Of a DNA stretch of 64,000 nucleotides, positions 39,691 through 53,773 are shown piece after piece. Where the stretch lies: contig OZ024742.1 of NCBI GenBank assembly GCA_964016885.1, forward strand, positions 355,508,001 through 355,572,000, read 5' to 3'. The position numbers were made by a program, and so were the translations under genes. Every line of letters begins with the position of its first letter. Within the stretch, counting starts at the first letter, position 1. The notes under the pieces were generated by a model. The model made no database searches, was not told where the DNA came from, and saw only the letters and a program-made list of their open reading frames with translations. The DNA comes from Eledone cirrhosa. Lineage: Eukaryota.

Positions 39691-42616
39691 GAGATACGAT
39701 CTGGATGACCCGATGCGATTTGTCCATGTCCACATTGGCACATTCGGGTGATGCAGTCGATACCTGTCAGAGAGTTCAAAACGTCTAAGCTGGTTGGTGA
39801 GGCTCTTGCACTCTCCTCCCCTATCCACTAGCCCCACACAATCCCAGCGTGCATCCAATATACCGCTCCAGTCGCCCACTAACACTAAAGAACGGGACGT
39901 TCCAATAAAGGTCTCTAGACGTCTGAAGAAATCTGGCCGTCCTGCCCCAGTTGGGACGTACTAGCCTAAAAGCGTTGCCTTCGCTGCCGGTCACTTCCAG
40001 CAGCACCGACTTACCTTCTGGGTCCAGGAAGATGGCTGTAGTGCGAGATGCAAGCCTCTCCGAAAAAGCATGGCAACACCTCCACCAATCCTGGACGGCT
40101 GGGAGATGCTTATATATCGTAGCCGCCGAAGATCGGTGCGAAGGCTTGTTCTTCGGAGATTCTGGTCTCGCTGATGGCCACCACATCTATGTTTAGTAAC
40201 CTGAGGTCCTTGAGCAGGTGACCCTGCTTCCAAGATGAGCCCCAGATCACGTGCATTTATACTGCCTATTTTAAGTACGGCCATGTTGGATGAGAAACGG
40301 AGCAAGTGAGAAAGGGTCACTTACCTTGATCGTGTGGTGAAGGGACAGTAGAACCGTCCCTTTGGCTGGTGATGGGTGTTTCCAAGAGAATGTCAGTGTA
40401 TATCCTCTTGGTAACCGAGACTCTAAAGTCGCCAACTGCGTTGGGGAATCTTTGTTTCAAAAGTGTGTACTGTTCTATTTTGAAATCAAAGATGCTTATG
40501 TTTATCGGGAGAGTTATTGATGTTGGTGGGGTGTAGTAGTTTTGTTTCTGTGATATCTGTGTGCTGCTTTATATGTTATATGAGTTCTTTATGTGCCATG
40601 TTTATGGCTGTGTGCTTTTGGGGGGAGGGGTGATTTTGTTGCTGTTTTCTTCTTGTTGCTGTTGAGTGTGTGTTTTGTTGTGTTTGCGTTGTTGGTGTTT
40701 TTGGTGTTGCTGGTAGTGGTGTGGTTGTTGGTGTTGGTGGTGCTTGTGGTGCTGATGGTGATGGTAGCGGTGTTGCTGAAAGTCTCCTTGCAGCCTTTTC
40801 CCCTCTTTGTGTTCCTTCGCTTTTGAAGGGTGAAGCTAAGGGTTTTTTTCTTTTTTTCTTTTTTGTGGCAGACCGATTGCCACTTCACTCCCGCCTCAGA
40901 CTCCATGTCGGATTCCGTGGCGTCTGGGAGGGGTGTGTGCTCTACGGCTGTTGGTGGTGGTAGTGGAGCCCACTCAGGCGATTTTCTTGCTGGTGTAGCT
41001 ACTGCAAATGTAGCTACTGGTGTTGCCGCCACTGATGCTGCTGCCTAGTTGTCCGTGGCCTTGGTACGGGTGCCACGGACGTTGCCCCCCTACTAACTGT
41101 GGAAGGGGCTTCTGCGTTTGTTTACCTGCCCTGCTCTTGGCAGCAGATGACCAGGTAATGGAAGGAGAGGGGCTTTCTTCTTCGCTGTCTTCTGCGCACA
41201 AAAGGCCCTGAGGTGACCCTTTGACCCACATAGATAACATTTTGGCCCTCTTTCTTCCACGCTTATAGGAAGTTGGAGTCCTTCCTCGATGTCTATGATA
41301 TCGGGTATAGCGTCTATACATTCCTGGTCAGTTTGTATAAGCATTAGCATGCCTATAGCTGACCAATTCTCTCTCCCTATTTTCTCTACTTGCAGCATGG
41401 TCGTCCTGTTCTCGATTCCAGTTCCAGCAAAGACAGACGCGGCCAGCCAAGGTATGGGCACGTCTGGTGGGACCTGGGTCACTTTGACCCTCACAATTTT
41501 CTTCCCGCAGTAGGAGGGCACCAATACTATATCCTTACTCTTTATGGTTTGCCAAGAGCGAGACGTCACTTCTTGGGGGTGGCGAAATGTACGTCTACAG
41601 TGGCGTACTTTTTGCCTCGGATGATGTGGGGTTTGCGCGCCCAGACGCACCCCAAAGCATTTTGGATTTGAGACTCCGTGGCTCTCTCCACCCGATGTGA
41701 CATTTTACTTACGGTGCGGTAAATAACCGTCCGTAGCTGTTGGTCCTTGAAAAATTCCGGATGGAGGTTTCAGGGAAACTCTATTGGCGTTTCTTGTAAC
41801 CATGGCCCTTGCGACTGCCATCTCCTCCTCTGTGACTAACACTGTTTCTATATTCCGGGCGACACCTGAAAAAGAAGTGGTCCCTTTTTTAGAGGCACCA
41901 CTATTGCTGCCAATACTGGTCTTGTTGGTGGTGCTGAGATCGCTGTTACAGGTATCGATCTCATTATTGATATTTTCGTTGGTACTGTTGTTAGTGTTGT
42001 TGTTGTTGTTTTCGTTGATACTGTTGCTGTTGTTACTGTTATTGTGGCTGTTGTTATTATTGTTGTTTTTGTTGATAGTGTTCCAACTATTATTGTTGTT
42101 GTGGCCGTTGTTATTGTCATTGTTATTGTCATTCTCGACCTTTCTGCTCTTATTTTTGTTGTTGCTGTTGTTATTGGAGGTGTTGTTGTTGATGCTATTG
42201 TTGGTGTTGTTTGTGTTAGAAATATTTGGTAATTTTAAATCTGTAACAATATCATTAAAAATGCTATTGTTCCTCTTTTCCTTCGTAATATTTTCTTTTA
42301 TATTTACCTTCGCTAGAACGCTGTTTTTTTTATATGTAGAGAAACTCTCCCTCACTCTGTATTGTCTGACAAAGCTCTCTCTCTTTTTTGTGTTATCCAT
42401 GTTGAAAGAAACTTTTTTTTTTAAATATTATTTTTACACAATACGACACCCCGTAAAGGGGTGCCGTATTATTTACGAGTGAACCACTGTATTAGGTGAG
42501 TCACTTCTTCTAAACTTTTATCAAGTTTAAAACTTTAATAAAAGGTTTAGAACGGTTGAAAATGAGGTAGACCGTTGAAAAAAACAGGAGGCGATAAGAA
42601 GTGTGGCTTCACCTTC
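39690..42616 (-). mobile_element. Tx1-like element, 5' half (ORF1 plus APE domain), degenerate
   Basis: Asn-rich ORF1 with VPSYCGKK and CYLCGSKGHLRAFC; ORF2 start MAVLKIGSINAR (40284); GDWS; 5' end abuts (TAA)n. Confidence 0.9.
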
Positions 42617-42642
42617 AATAATAATAATAATTATAATAATAA

Positions 42643-45012
42643 TGTTTTCTTTATTAACCACAAGGGTTCACATAAAGTAGACATTAAGGACAGTACAGGA
42701 CAATACAGGACGGTACAAATGGGCATTTCTGCGTGTAAAAAAACAGAGGTTGAAATAAAATAACAAAGAAAAATTCCCCAATAGGGGGGAGACTTCCGAG
42801 GGACATTTGTGGAGAAAGCCCATTAAAAGACCACAGTGGCCCTGACCACCAGGGCAAGTGCCCTCTCCCAGTTGTCCACCTTTAATTTACAGACACATAC
42901 TCAGAGAAGGCCCATTCATTCGGGCCATACTTGCTTCTCTCACCGATCTTTCAACAAAATGCTGGGAAGAGAGCAATTCCATCTCTACCCTCATTTTCCT
43001 TTTCAAATGAAATTTGTAAAAGTTAATCAGGGCATCACCGAAGATGTAAGTGCTCGTCTTCAGCCCTTTCAAACGTGTCCACCATACTATCTCTTTCGCC
43101 ATGGCCACCAGACAGATAAAAACTGTCTGCCCTTCCCGGCTAAAGAAAGGGGGCGGGGCAATCCTCACGATGGACTCAGCTGATAGCCGGATCCGTCCTA
43201 CACGTGACAGCAGGTGTTCGACATAAACCCACAAGTCAGCAATGCTCGGACACTGGACGAGTGCGTGCAGGACGGTTTCGTCGCTCTGCGCGCATCTCGG
43301 ACATGCCCGGCTGACGGCACCTCCTTGCCTGTAGAGTTTATCTCGAACTGGCAAAGCTCCTCGGTAGCACTGCCAGGCCAGGGATTTCTGGAAGTTGTCC
43401 ATAGGCCCCGGCCCGAAAGTCCTTCCGAAGAGATTGGCTAGTTGATTTTCGTCGACGCCTAGAATTTCTCCAAGTACATCGTCGCTCTTCCCCTCCACTA
43501 ATCCCATATAGAACGCCAAGGTGGAGTTTCCACCGATCACATTGCCCGATTGGTCGAGGGCTGTGAGCACCTGAAGACATTCCAGTCTCTAAGCGCTCCC
43601 TCTCGGTCTTCGCTTGACCCAGGACTGCAGCTCTGTCAAGGAGACGAGCTGGGGAAAAACGTGTCTAGCAAACGGCGACCACACCTGATCACCGTCGAGG
43701 AAGAGGTGGAGATGTCGTAGCCTGAGCGCGTGTCTGCGCATCATCAGCCACGGCATGCCCAGCCCTCCACGTAGCGGGTGTTGACAGCAGATGGACTGCC
43801 TGACCATCGGAGCGCGTCCCTTCTACAAGAAGCGAAAGAGCAAACGCTCCAGCGCAGTCAGGCGGGGCTTAGGACAAGATACGACGGTTAGGCGGTAGTA
43901 GATGACGGACGCGATGTACGCGTTAGCCACCTCCGCTCGACCTTTCAGGGATAGCTTCCTCTCGGCCCATTTCTGGGTGAGAGAAGCCACCCTGCTCGTC
44001 ACCTCGTCCCAGTTTTTGTCCGTCGGGAGGTCTGGACCGAACCAGACCCCTAGCAATTTAACCGGTCCGTCCGTCCAGCGCCCGACGACGCTGTTGGACG
44101 GCATGGACCTGCCTCTCCAGGTGCCGAGCTGCAGGCCCACTGACTTTTCCTGGTTGATCATTGCTCCTGTCACCGCTTCGTATTCTCTTAGTGTAGTGCC
44201 GATCGCCTCGATGTGTTTGGCGTTCGACACCACTACGGTGACATCGTCGGCATATGCTGACACGGATCTTCCGCATCCTAGTTCGCGTGGGACCCCCTCA
44301 ACGTCTCCAGTTTGTGCAGTAATGGCTCGAGAGTCAATACGTACAATAGGGACGAGAGGGGACATCCTTGACGGACCTAGCGCATGATGTTGAACGGTTC
44401 CGAAAGGTGACCGTTCACTCTCACTTCAGAGCAGATGTCGCTGTGCATGGCAGCGATCCAGCCTCTGAAGACGGGCCCAAAGCCAGCCGCCCTCAGGACT
44501 GCCGCTAGGTAACGATGGTCGACCCTATCGAAGGTTTTGGACTGATCTAAATTGATCAAAGACCCACCCGTGCCAGGTTCCCTAGCTACCCTCTCTACGA
44601 TGTATCGCATGAGGTGGAGGTTGTCGTGAATGGATCTGTTGGGGATGGCGCATGTCTGTGCCTCTCCCACCAGACCAGCAACGACAAGCGCCAACCTCTT
44701 TGCTAGCACCTTGGCCAAAATCTTGAACTCTGTGTTTAGCAGAGTTATGGGCCTAAAATTATCTATGTTATCCCCCTTGTTCGGATCCTTTCTCAGCAGC
44801 GCCACCGCTCCTCGGCTCACAGAGCTGGGAATTCTCACGTTCTGTTGCCAGTTGCAGTAGACGTCCGTCAAGAGGCCTCCGAACAAGTTTGGCATTTGTA
44901 CGTAAAGTTCATAGGGCAGACCATCTAAACCAGGCGATTTACCCCTTGTGCAACTAGTCATTGCTACCCGTACTTCAGCGGTTGTTATCGGCTTTTCGCA
45001 ACACTCCGCCTC
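42643..45012 (-). mobile_element. Tx1-like element, 3' half (RT, CCHC finger, 3' UTR), degenerate
   Basis: KSPGLDG, LDQSKTFDRV, YADD, CPRC..ETVLHALVQC; stop at 42887; AATAAA then (TTA)n. Confidence 0.92.
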
Positions 45013-45411
45013 AGATTCTGAAACGGAAATACTAATTCAGTGCTATCGTTGTGACGAACCCTCACAACAACAAACAGAATGGTGGGTTGTTTCCACATCA
45101 AGTCTATACTCTGTTTATGTTTACTGTAATCCTGTTACCAATAGCTTAATTATTGCAATCTACACCTGATGATTTCGCCAAAGTCTTACATCATCTAATG
45201 ATGTAAACAGACCAGAGAATTATAATTAATATAGAAATGGCTTCTACATGACTAGAACTGTTTCCTTCGAAGTCGAATGAATATTTTAAAGCCTGTAGAA
45301 GTCATTTATATGTTAAATCTGTTGTTTTTACTCTACTAATGTATTGAGTACCGTACTTACTGTTGCTAACCATGATTGAACACGGGACTCACTCACATAC
45401 ACACACGGGCA

Positions 45412-45556
45412 CACACACACTAATATTTCTGGGTATCACCGATCAGTCACTGTGTATTTTTGAAAATGCCATATATTTTCACTAGCTCTGACAGTTTGGC
45501 AGGTGAACAGTGAGCTATACTGATGAAGGGTGATACCCATAAACATTAGTGTCTGC
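45412..45556. repeat. Diverged fold-back with two head-to-head HHR cores
   Basis: Plus strand CTGATGA-A-GGG-tgata-CCC-A-TAAA at 45520; minus strand CTGATCG-GTGATACCC-A-GAAA at about 45425-45448. Confidence 0.65.
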
Positions 45557-45690
45557 AGTTCTGTTTGCATGCTAACACAAGAGCAAGAATGAAGTGTTCA
45601 TTCTACTGACATGGTTATAAAATCGAGGGTTGTTAGCATAATTGCAAAGGAATCAAATGTTATTATTAATATTATAAAAACTCAGATTGC

Positions 45691-46436
<746 letters not shown>

Positions 46437-46999
46437 TTGTATATATATTGGCCGACTAAAGTAGTGCCTATATCAGTAAGTCATGTATATATGAATGTAT
46501 ATATACGTTTAGGATGTATTTACATATGCATATGCATAAGCAACAATTGCCCCCAAAGTATTTCAATATATAAAGAATATGCTGAGTGTGCATCGTATAA
46601 TGCATTAACTTTGATATCAATCGATCTCTGAAACTAATTTCAATTTCCAAACTTACATTTATGTCGCCAGTAGACTTGCTGAACGAAACGACTTTTAGAC
46701 ACAAGTTAAATTCTCTCGCAATAAACTTAAGCATTAATGCTGATGTCATGTAAAAATTGTATATTGAATTAATTTTTGATAGAATTATATTTGTTAGGGC
46801 AATTTTATTGCCATAAAATCCACTGAAATCAAGAACAGTATTATAGAATAAGAAAACTATGAAAAGATTAATCGTTAGATAGATTAGATTGGATAGTTTG
46901 TAAGAGAAATCCGATATTTCTGCCACGATTGTCGAGTAATTATATTATAACAGCACAATTCACCATTTGACTTTTAGACTTACTTTTCGTTTACGTTTC

Positions 47000-47935
47000 A
47001 CATACAGTCTTAAATGTGACATATCTTCCATGATTGTTAAGTTCATCCAACTCTTAACTAAACATCGCTGCCAACATTAACGCTGAAACATGCATGATTG
47101 TTACACATTCCTATCACTATACTGACCCTCCTCGCCTACATTAATATTAAAATATCCAATAATGTTCTAACCATCACAACCAACATCATTGATTGTTAAA
47201 CATATATCACTGTACTAACTATTACCACCAATATTAACACTAAATTATTATTGATTGCTAAAGACATGTCACGGTACTAAACATCATCACTAACATTAAC
47301 ACATCCAATACTGCACTAACAATCATCATCAACTTTAACATTAACTTATAGATCAGTTTACTAACAATCCTCACATTAAAACTAAAAGATCCTTCATTTC
47401 TAAACACATCCAACACTGTACTTACCATCACCGCTAACGTTAACATTAAACTATTTTTGATTGTCAAACATATCTAACCAACATAACCATCATAATCATC
47501 ATCACCAACATAAACATAAAATCGTCTAGCATTTTACTTTCCCTCATCACCAATATTAACACTAAATCTTCCTTGATTGTTAAACACATATCACTGTACT
47601 AACAATAACATTAAAAGTTCCTTGATTATAAAGTATGTATACCACCATATTCTAACCCTCATCTCCAACATTAACACGAAAAATTCATTGATTGTTTAAC
47701 ACATCTATCACTTTACTAGCCATCATTAGTAACAATGACGAAATGCTCCCTGATGGTTAAGCACATATATCACTTCATTAGCCATCATTAATAACAATTA
47801 CTAGACGTTCCTTGGTTGTTAAGCCCATCTATCACTTTACTAGCCATCATTACTTACAATAAATCTAAAAGTTCCTTGATTGCTAAGCACACGTCATAAT
47901 GTTCTAACAATCACTTAAAAATACTAACACTAAAC
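47000..47935. repeat. Old, degenerate minisatellite, about 60-70-bp period (TTGATTGTTAAACA...CATCA...ACATTAAC)
   Basis: Motif recurs more than 10 times. Confidence 0.75.
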
Positions 47936-48179
47936 GCATCAATTTAAATGACCCCCTACTGGCGATCTGCTTGTGCTGGCACATGGATGTATTTAAGCCT
48001 GTCACTATCATTCCCGAGGGAGTCGTAGATTCACTGTTGGCAGCTTTTAGAGCATGTTACAACCTGTCGGAGGCAATCCCCTATCCATACTTGAATACAC
48101 CAAATGTATTCAAAAGAAGGCGAGAGTGAGTGAGAGAATGGAAATGAGAAAGAGATATAGAGTAAGAACTGAGCACAGC

Positions 48180-48325
48180 GCTTGAATAGTACTTATTATC
48201 GACCTCGAATGGAAGAAACGCAAAGGTGACCTCGGCGGGAGTTGAATTCAGAAAAGAGAGAACCAAATCGAACAGCACAAATTATTACTATTCGATGTTC
48301 TAGCGACTCTGCCAATTCGCCGACT
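48180..48325 (-). mobile_element. Degenerate SINE
   Basis: TTATCGACC...GACCTCGGCGGGAGTTGAATTCAGA...GACTCTGCCAATTCGCC. Confidence 0.7.
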
Positions 48326-48556
48326 ACAATGTGATATAGTATTTTATTAAATGAAGAATTACTGTAGTTTATATAGAATTAATGTTGAATTGGATTAATT
48401 AGCAGTTTTGAAGCTTCATTTGATATCGACTGGAAGCGGAAATATGTTATAACATAAAACATTGAATTATATAACAGTGAAAACACCAGTTACTGGAAAT
48501 GCTGTTTCTTCCTTTTCATTCAGGGTACGATTTCATGAGTGTATATACTTGTATAT

Positions 48557-48629
48557 CTTCTTCTTCTTCTTCTTCTTCTTCTTCTTCTTCTTCTTCTTCT
48601 TCTTCTTCTTCTTCTTCTTCTTCTTCTTC
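48557..48629. repeat. (TTC)n microsatellite
   Basis: Direct observation. Confidence 0.98.
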
Positions 48630-49252
48630 ATTATCCTCATTTTCTTGGGAGCCATGAGTTGTCTTTGCTAAGGTGCGGCACTCTTTGGCAGGAGAAAGCC
48701 CCGCTTTAATCAGTAGGTTAAACGTATCATTCGAGAAAAGATGTTGGCTTAAAATTCTTTAGTTGGAAATATGTCTTCCTTCTTGCACTCGAAGTGTGAT
48801 TCCTTTTGATGTACACGTGGTCATTTGCAACTGCGTTCACCAGAGCAATTAAATAGTTCAAGACATGTAAGGTGAATGAATTTCGGACGCGAGGTAAGGT
48901 ATAATACGAATATACTTATGGTCATATGCACTAAGACGTGCATAGAGATGCACACACATATGCACACATATATCTATATAATAAATATCCATTACTAAAA
49001 CGAAGAATGTTATATGACGTTAGGGAGAGTCATGAATCAAACAAAGAAACATATGGGAAAGAAAGAAAAAAAGGAAGAAAAGGGAAAGAAAGAAAAAAAG
49101 AAGAAAAGGTAAAGAAAAAAAAGGAAGAAAAGGAAAAGAAAGAAGAAATGCAAGAAGAGAATGGAAGATATCGTGTTAAAAAAAGTAAGCCACTTCAACA
49201 TATGTGGGGGTGAAGAGATAACATGTACGTCACACACACTGATATGTATACA

Positions 49253-49333
<81 letters not shown>

Positions 49334-49988
49334 GTATATATATATATATATATATAATTTGAAAAGGAATTTCATTAGAAACCCAATGACATGTCATATG
49401 CCTCAGAAAGCAGGGACAGTAAAGCTTATTAATTTGTATGTGAAATTACATGCAGATGACATAACCTGCTGAGAGACTGTATTGTGAACATTTTACTAAG
49501 AGAGAAAGGTGGCTGTGTGAAGGAAAGAGAGTAAAACTAAAATACATGTGTATATATAGCAATTAGATTAACGAAATAAGGCCTCTAGTAAATATTGTCA
49601 CGTAGGTGTATTTATGTATGAACAAATATATGTTTGCATGTATATATATATATGTGTGTGTGTGTGTGTATATATGTATAAATAAATAAATAGAGCAAAT
49701 CAAATAAAAATGGCGTAGACATACAATACAACAGGAGGAACATAATAGTACCACTGATGATGTTGCAGATGTGCAACGAAAGAACTTGGTTAGACTATAT
49801 GTATGTGTTTATATCTATATTATATCTGTATTTTTGATCGTTGGTCAGTCAATGATAAAGATTGAGGACCAAATGAATTAACTGTGTACATATAAAAGAT
49901 AAAGAAGCGAAAACCAACCAAACAGTGAGTGTGTTCTGTTATTATTTCTGGCAATATCATTACAACAATATGACCCTCCCCTAGTATA

Positions 49989-50040
<52 letters not shown>

Positions 50041-50044
50041 TAGA

Positions 50045-50236
50045 TAGATAGATGAGATTCTACAGGACTATAACTGTTTCTTTCTTTAGAAATCATCAGG
50101 GAAAATTCCTGATGATTTCTAAAGAATGAAACAGTTCTAGTCCTGTAGAATCTCATCTATATTAACACTGTTATACTCTGCTATGTATTAAGTACCTTAC
50201 TTACTGTGGTTACCTCCGATTCACCCCGGAATAACT

Positions 50237-50238
<2 letters not shown>
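50045..50238 (+). mobile_element. About 190-bp HHR fold-back element
   Basis: CTGATGA-T-TTCT-aa-AGAA-T-GAAAC-AGTTCTA-GTC at 50109-50142 with a mirror at about 50067-50098; tail matches the reverse complement of 26383-26460. Confidence 0.85.
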
Positions 50239-50278
<40 letters not shown>

Positions 50279-50344
50279 GAGAGAGAGAGAGAGAGAGAAT
50301 AAGGAAAAGCGAAGTAGTTTCAGATGGTCAAGTCAATTAATAAT

Positions 50345-50522
50345 AATTGTTTCTACTTTAGGCACAAGGCCAGCAATTACCCAGTACATTACTGGTACTT
50401 TATTTTATCGACCCCGTAAGGATGAAAGGCAAAGTCAACCTCGGCGGGATTTGAACTCAGATCGTAAAGGGACGTAATTATGCTGGAAAGCATGGCGTCC
50501 GACCCTCCACCGATACTGCCAA
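50345..50522 (-). mobile_element. SINE (family of 5572-5757), well preserved
   Basis: Close to the reverse complement of 5582-5757. Confidence 0.88.
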
Positions 50523-50647
50523 AATGCTCTGATATATATTTAAAAGGGCGATAGTGGCCACACTATTCTGTGCGCCAGTGTCGCGACATCGTCAGATAGC
50601 TTGTTACTTAATAAGGTTATGTTTCCTAGGCAATCCAAATTGAATCG

Positions 50648-51885
50648 ACTTTGCTTTTCCTTATTCGATATTTACTCCGTCACTCCTGTGTGGAATAAGT
50701 ACGTTGATTGCTTGAATTGAATTACATCAATGTTTACCCTAAGAATTTAGCTCCAATTAGTTGAGCGCCCTATGATGTAAGCGATATGGTGGAGAAGTGC
50801 GGAACCAGCCACGAGCTACACCCGGAAATTCCCTCTACCGTTGGGATGGAAATCTCTGATGCTGGACGGACATAATAATAACTTTTGGCAGGATACATAC
50901 GCGGAATCAAAAACAAAGATAAACCCCTATTTTCCTACACCAAATCGCATTTGGAAAGAAGCCCTCTCAATTCAATCTATACATGGACAAATTGACAATC
51001 ATCTATCTCATTTTGCATATATGTACTCTATGTGCATTTGTATTTATTCATTTATTATTTTTTTTCTATTTTGTGTACTCTATATCGTTTTTTTTTTGTT
51101 CTGTTCCATGTGATGGAAATTCTAACTATGTACCCGACTAACTACTACCTTTAATACTGCAATTTACCCTCCGTTCTACTGTACGGTACTATCGTTCAGT
51201 ATGTAGATAATATAACTGTAACATTAATACCCCTTTCAAAACTTCTTACTTAAACATCTATCTGCATATATTTTTACTCACCTCAATCCAGATTCTCACT
51301 AGAAATTTTTTTTAAATTTTTAATTGTTAATTTTTAATTTCTAATTTTTAATATTTGATTCCTGATTTTCGATTTAAAATTTTAATTGTTAGTTCTAATT
51401 TCCAACTCTCCTTCATAACTTCCACTGTGAAACCATGATACCTAGAATTAAGTATATTTTCTCTTAGAGGTTTATGGTCAATTATACTGTCCATGCTTAA
51501 TGAGAGGTAGTATTGATACCTATAGATATTCACACTCTCCCATCCCTACTGGCTTTCGACTGAATGCCACAGACGGGGTAGGTAGCAGTAAGCTATATTA
51601 CAGGCCTGAATGGGTCAATGTTTGGCTGAGAGGGGGGAACAGACTAAGCAAAATTCGTTGAAATATGTGGTAGCTAATGGTCAACTTTCTGCGCAGACCG
51701 ATGGGCTTGAATTGGTACTCACATGTGAATGGATGAAGAACCCAAGAGCACACACTTCGTCCATTCCCATGTCGATTCTTGAACCTCTGAAACTACTTCG
51801 CTTTTCCTTATTCGATATTTACTCCATCACTCCTATGTGGAATAAGTACGTTCCTTGAATTGAATTGCATCAAGGTTTACCCTAA

Positions 51886-51886
<1 letters not shown>
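50648..51886 (+). repeat. About 1.15-kb non-coding unit with a ~95-bp terminal direct repeat, ending in (TA)n
   Basis: GCTTTTCCTTATTCGATATTTACTCC...GTTTACCCTAAG at about 50650-50743 and 51795-51886. Confidence 0.8.
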
Positions 51887-51936
<50 letters not shown>

Positions 51937-52004
51937 CACGTGTGTATATTATCAATCGAAAACTGTACATCCCAATGTCTGTATATATACATTATCTAAT
52001 CTAA

Positions 52005-52202
52005 TTGTCACATATGCTTCCATAACTAATTGTCACACATATCTTTCCATAACTGTCACATATCCTTCCATAACTAACTGTCACATATCCATCCATAACT
52101 AACTATAACATATCTTTCCATAACTATTTCGTCACATGTCCTTCCATAACTAACAGTCACATATCCTTCCATAACTAACTGTCACACATATCCTTCCATA
52201 AC
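52005..52202. repeat. About 25-27-bp minisatellite (TGTCACATATCCTTCCATAACTAAC)
   Basis: About 8 units. Confidence 0.92.
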
Positions 52203-52520
52203 AACAACCTATCTGAACACTTACTTTCTACTACTGTATAATTCTAGACTTATTTTCATCTAATAATATTCACAGGACCTACAATATAGTCCATCATGCT
52301 AGATGCTAGTGTCTTCATCACATATGTAGTAACTGGTTGTAGGTATTTTATAAACACTTACCTGATCACACGTGGAACCTTCTTGGCCCTAGTTTATTTG
52401 TTTAGAAGCTAGCTGCCTCTGAACCATTCATTACATTATATATATATATAAGTATGTAAACGTACATACATATATGTATACAGACGTACAGTAGTATGTA
52501 TATATATATATACATACATG

Positions 52521-52569
<49 letters not shown>

Positions 52570-52687
52570 GTATGGATTCACCGAACATTTATTATAATGC
52601 TCGGTGTGTTTGTAAACAAACATCCCGAATTAAGCCGTACAGTGTCTAGCAACCGTTGTGGCTCATTTGTTCAACTCTGACAAAGGA

Positions 52688-52730
52688 ACGCTGTAATAGT
52701 TTCTAGCTTATTAGCTATCGTCAGCAACGT
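52688..52730 (-). ncRNA. Minimal type-I HHR in a ~460-bp terminally redundant unit (52445-52962)
   Basis: ACGTTG-CTGACGA-TAGCT-aata-AGCTA-GAAA-CTAT-TA-CAGCGT; ~50-bp direct repeat at about 52450-52500 and 52910-52960. Confidence 0.8.
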
Positions 52731-52958
52731 ATACCGTCTTGCCAGATGGTTGAACATCTGAAAGTATATACTTTCCTTATGCATATTAAAGGCTGAGCAG
52801 CCTAATATGCATATCGCGTGCGTCAATCGGCCGGGGTACCGAAATGATAAACGGTAAAAAGGAAACGAAATTTCATTTTTCACTTTTAGTACGGCTGTTA
52901 CTTAAATATAAGTATATATACGTACATACATATATGTATACAGACGTACAGTAGTATG

Positions 52959-53026
<68 letters not shown>

Positions 53027-53078
53027 TATATACATATATAGATATAGATATATATATATATATGTATATATATGTATA

Positions 53079-53219
<141 letters not shown>

Positions 53220-53224
53220 ATATC

Positions 53225-53773
53225 TCTAAGGTGGGTAAAATTCCCGAGATCCATGGACGAGTTCTCTCCAGCGGTCTCTGTCCCTCATTATCGCTGCCAT
53301 GTCCTGCGTCTCCAACAGACCAGTGTCTGTCCTTAGGGCAGCAACATACGTTAAATCTTGGTCTTCCTCTTCTACTGTGTCCATGTAGGGGCTGGCAAAG
53401 GAGCACTGAGTGCAATGTCAAATCTGGATGTCGGTGAGCATGTCCAGCTAACCTCAGTCTCCTCTGTGTCACTTTTGAGCTGATTTTTGGGATGCTCCCA
53501 TACAGCTCTGAGTTTTTCATCCTCAGTGTATACTGATTAATGTTCAGAGCTATACTCAGCATTCTCGTGTAGCACCCATCCACCATCTGAGTGAGTTTCT
53601 TGATCTGTGTCCAAGTCTCAGACCCATACAGCAGCACAGATCCACTACAGCAATGAAGAGGCGGATTTTCATGTCTCTACGAAGGTCCGACCTCGAGTAC
53701 CGATCTCAAGTTGGGGCACGCCGCCCAGGCCTTGCTCTTCCTCTCAACCACATCATCTTCCGTATTCCCAATC
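53225..53773 (-). mobile_element. RTE-clade LINE, 3' fragment
   Basis: RKSKAWAAC...MKIRLF...LLYGSETW...RLRLAGH...RGRPR; ends in TA/TG microsatellite. Confidence 0.9.
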
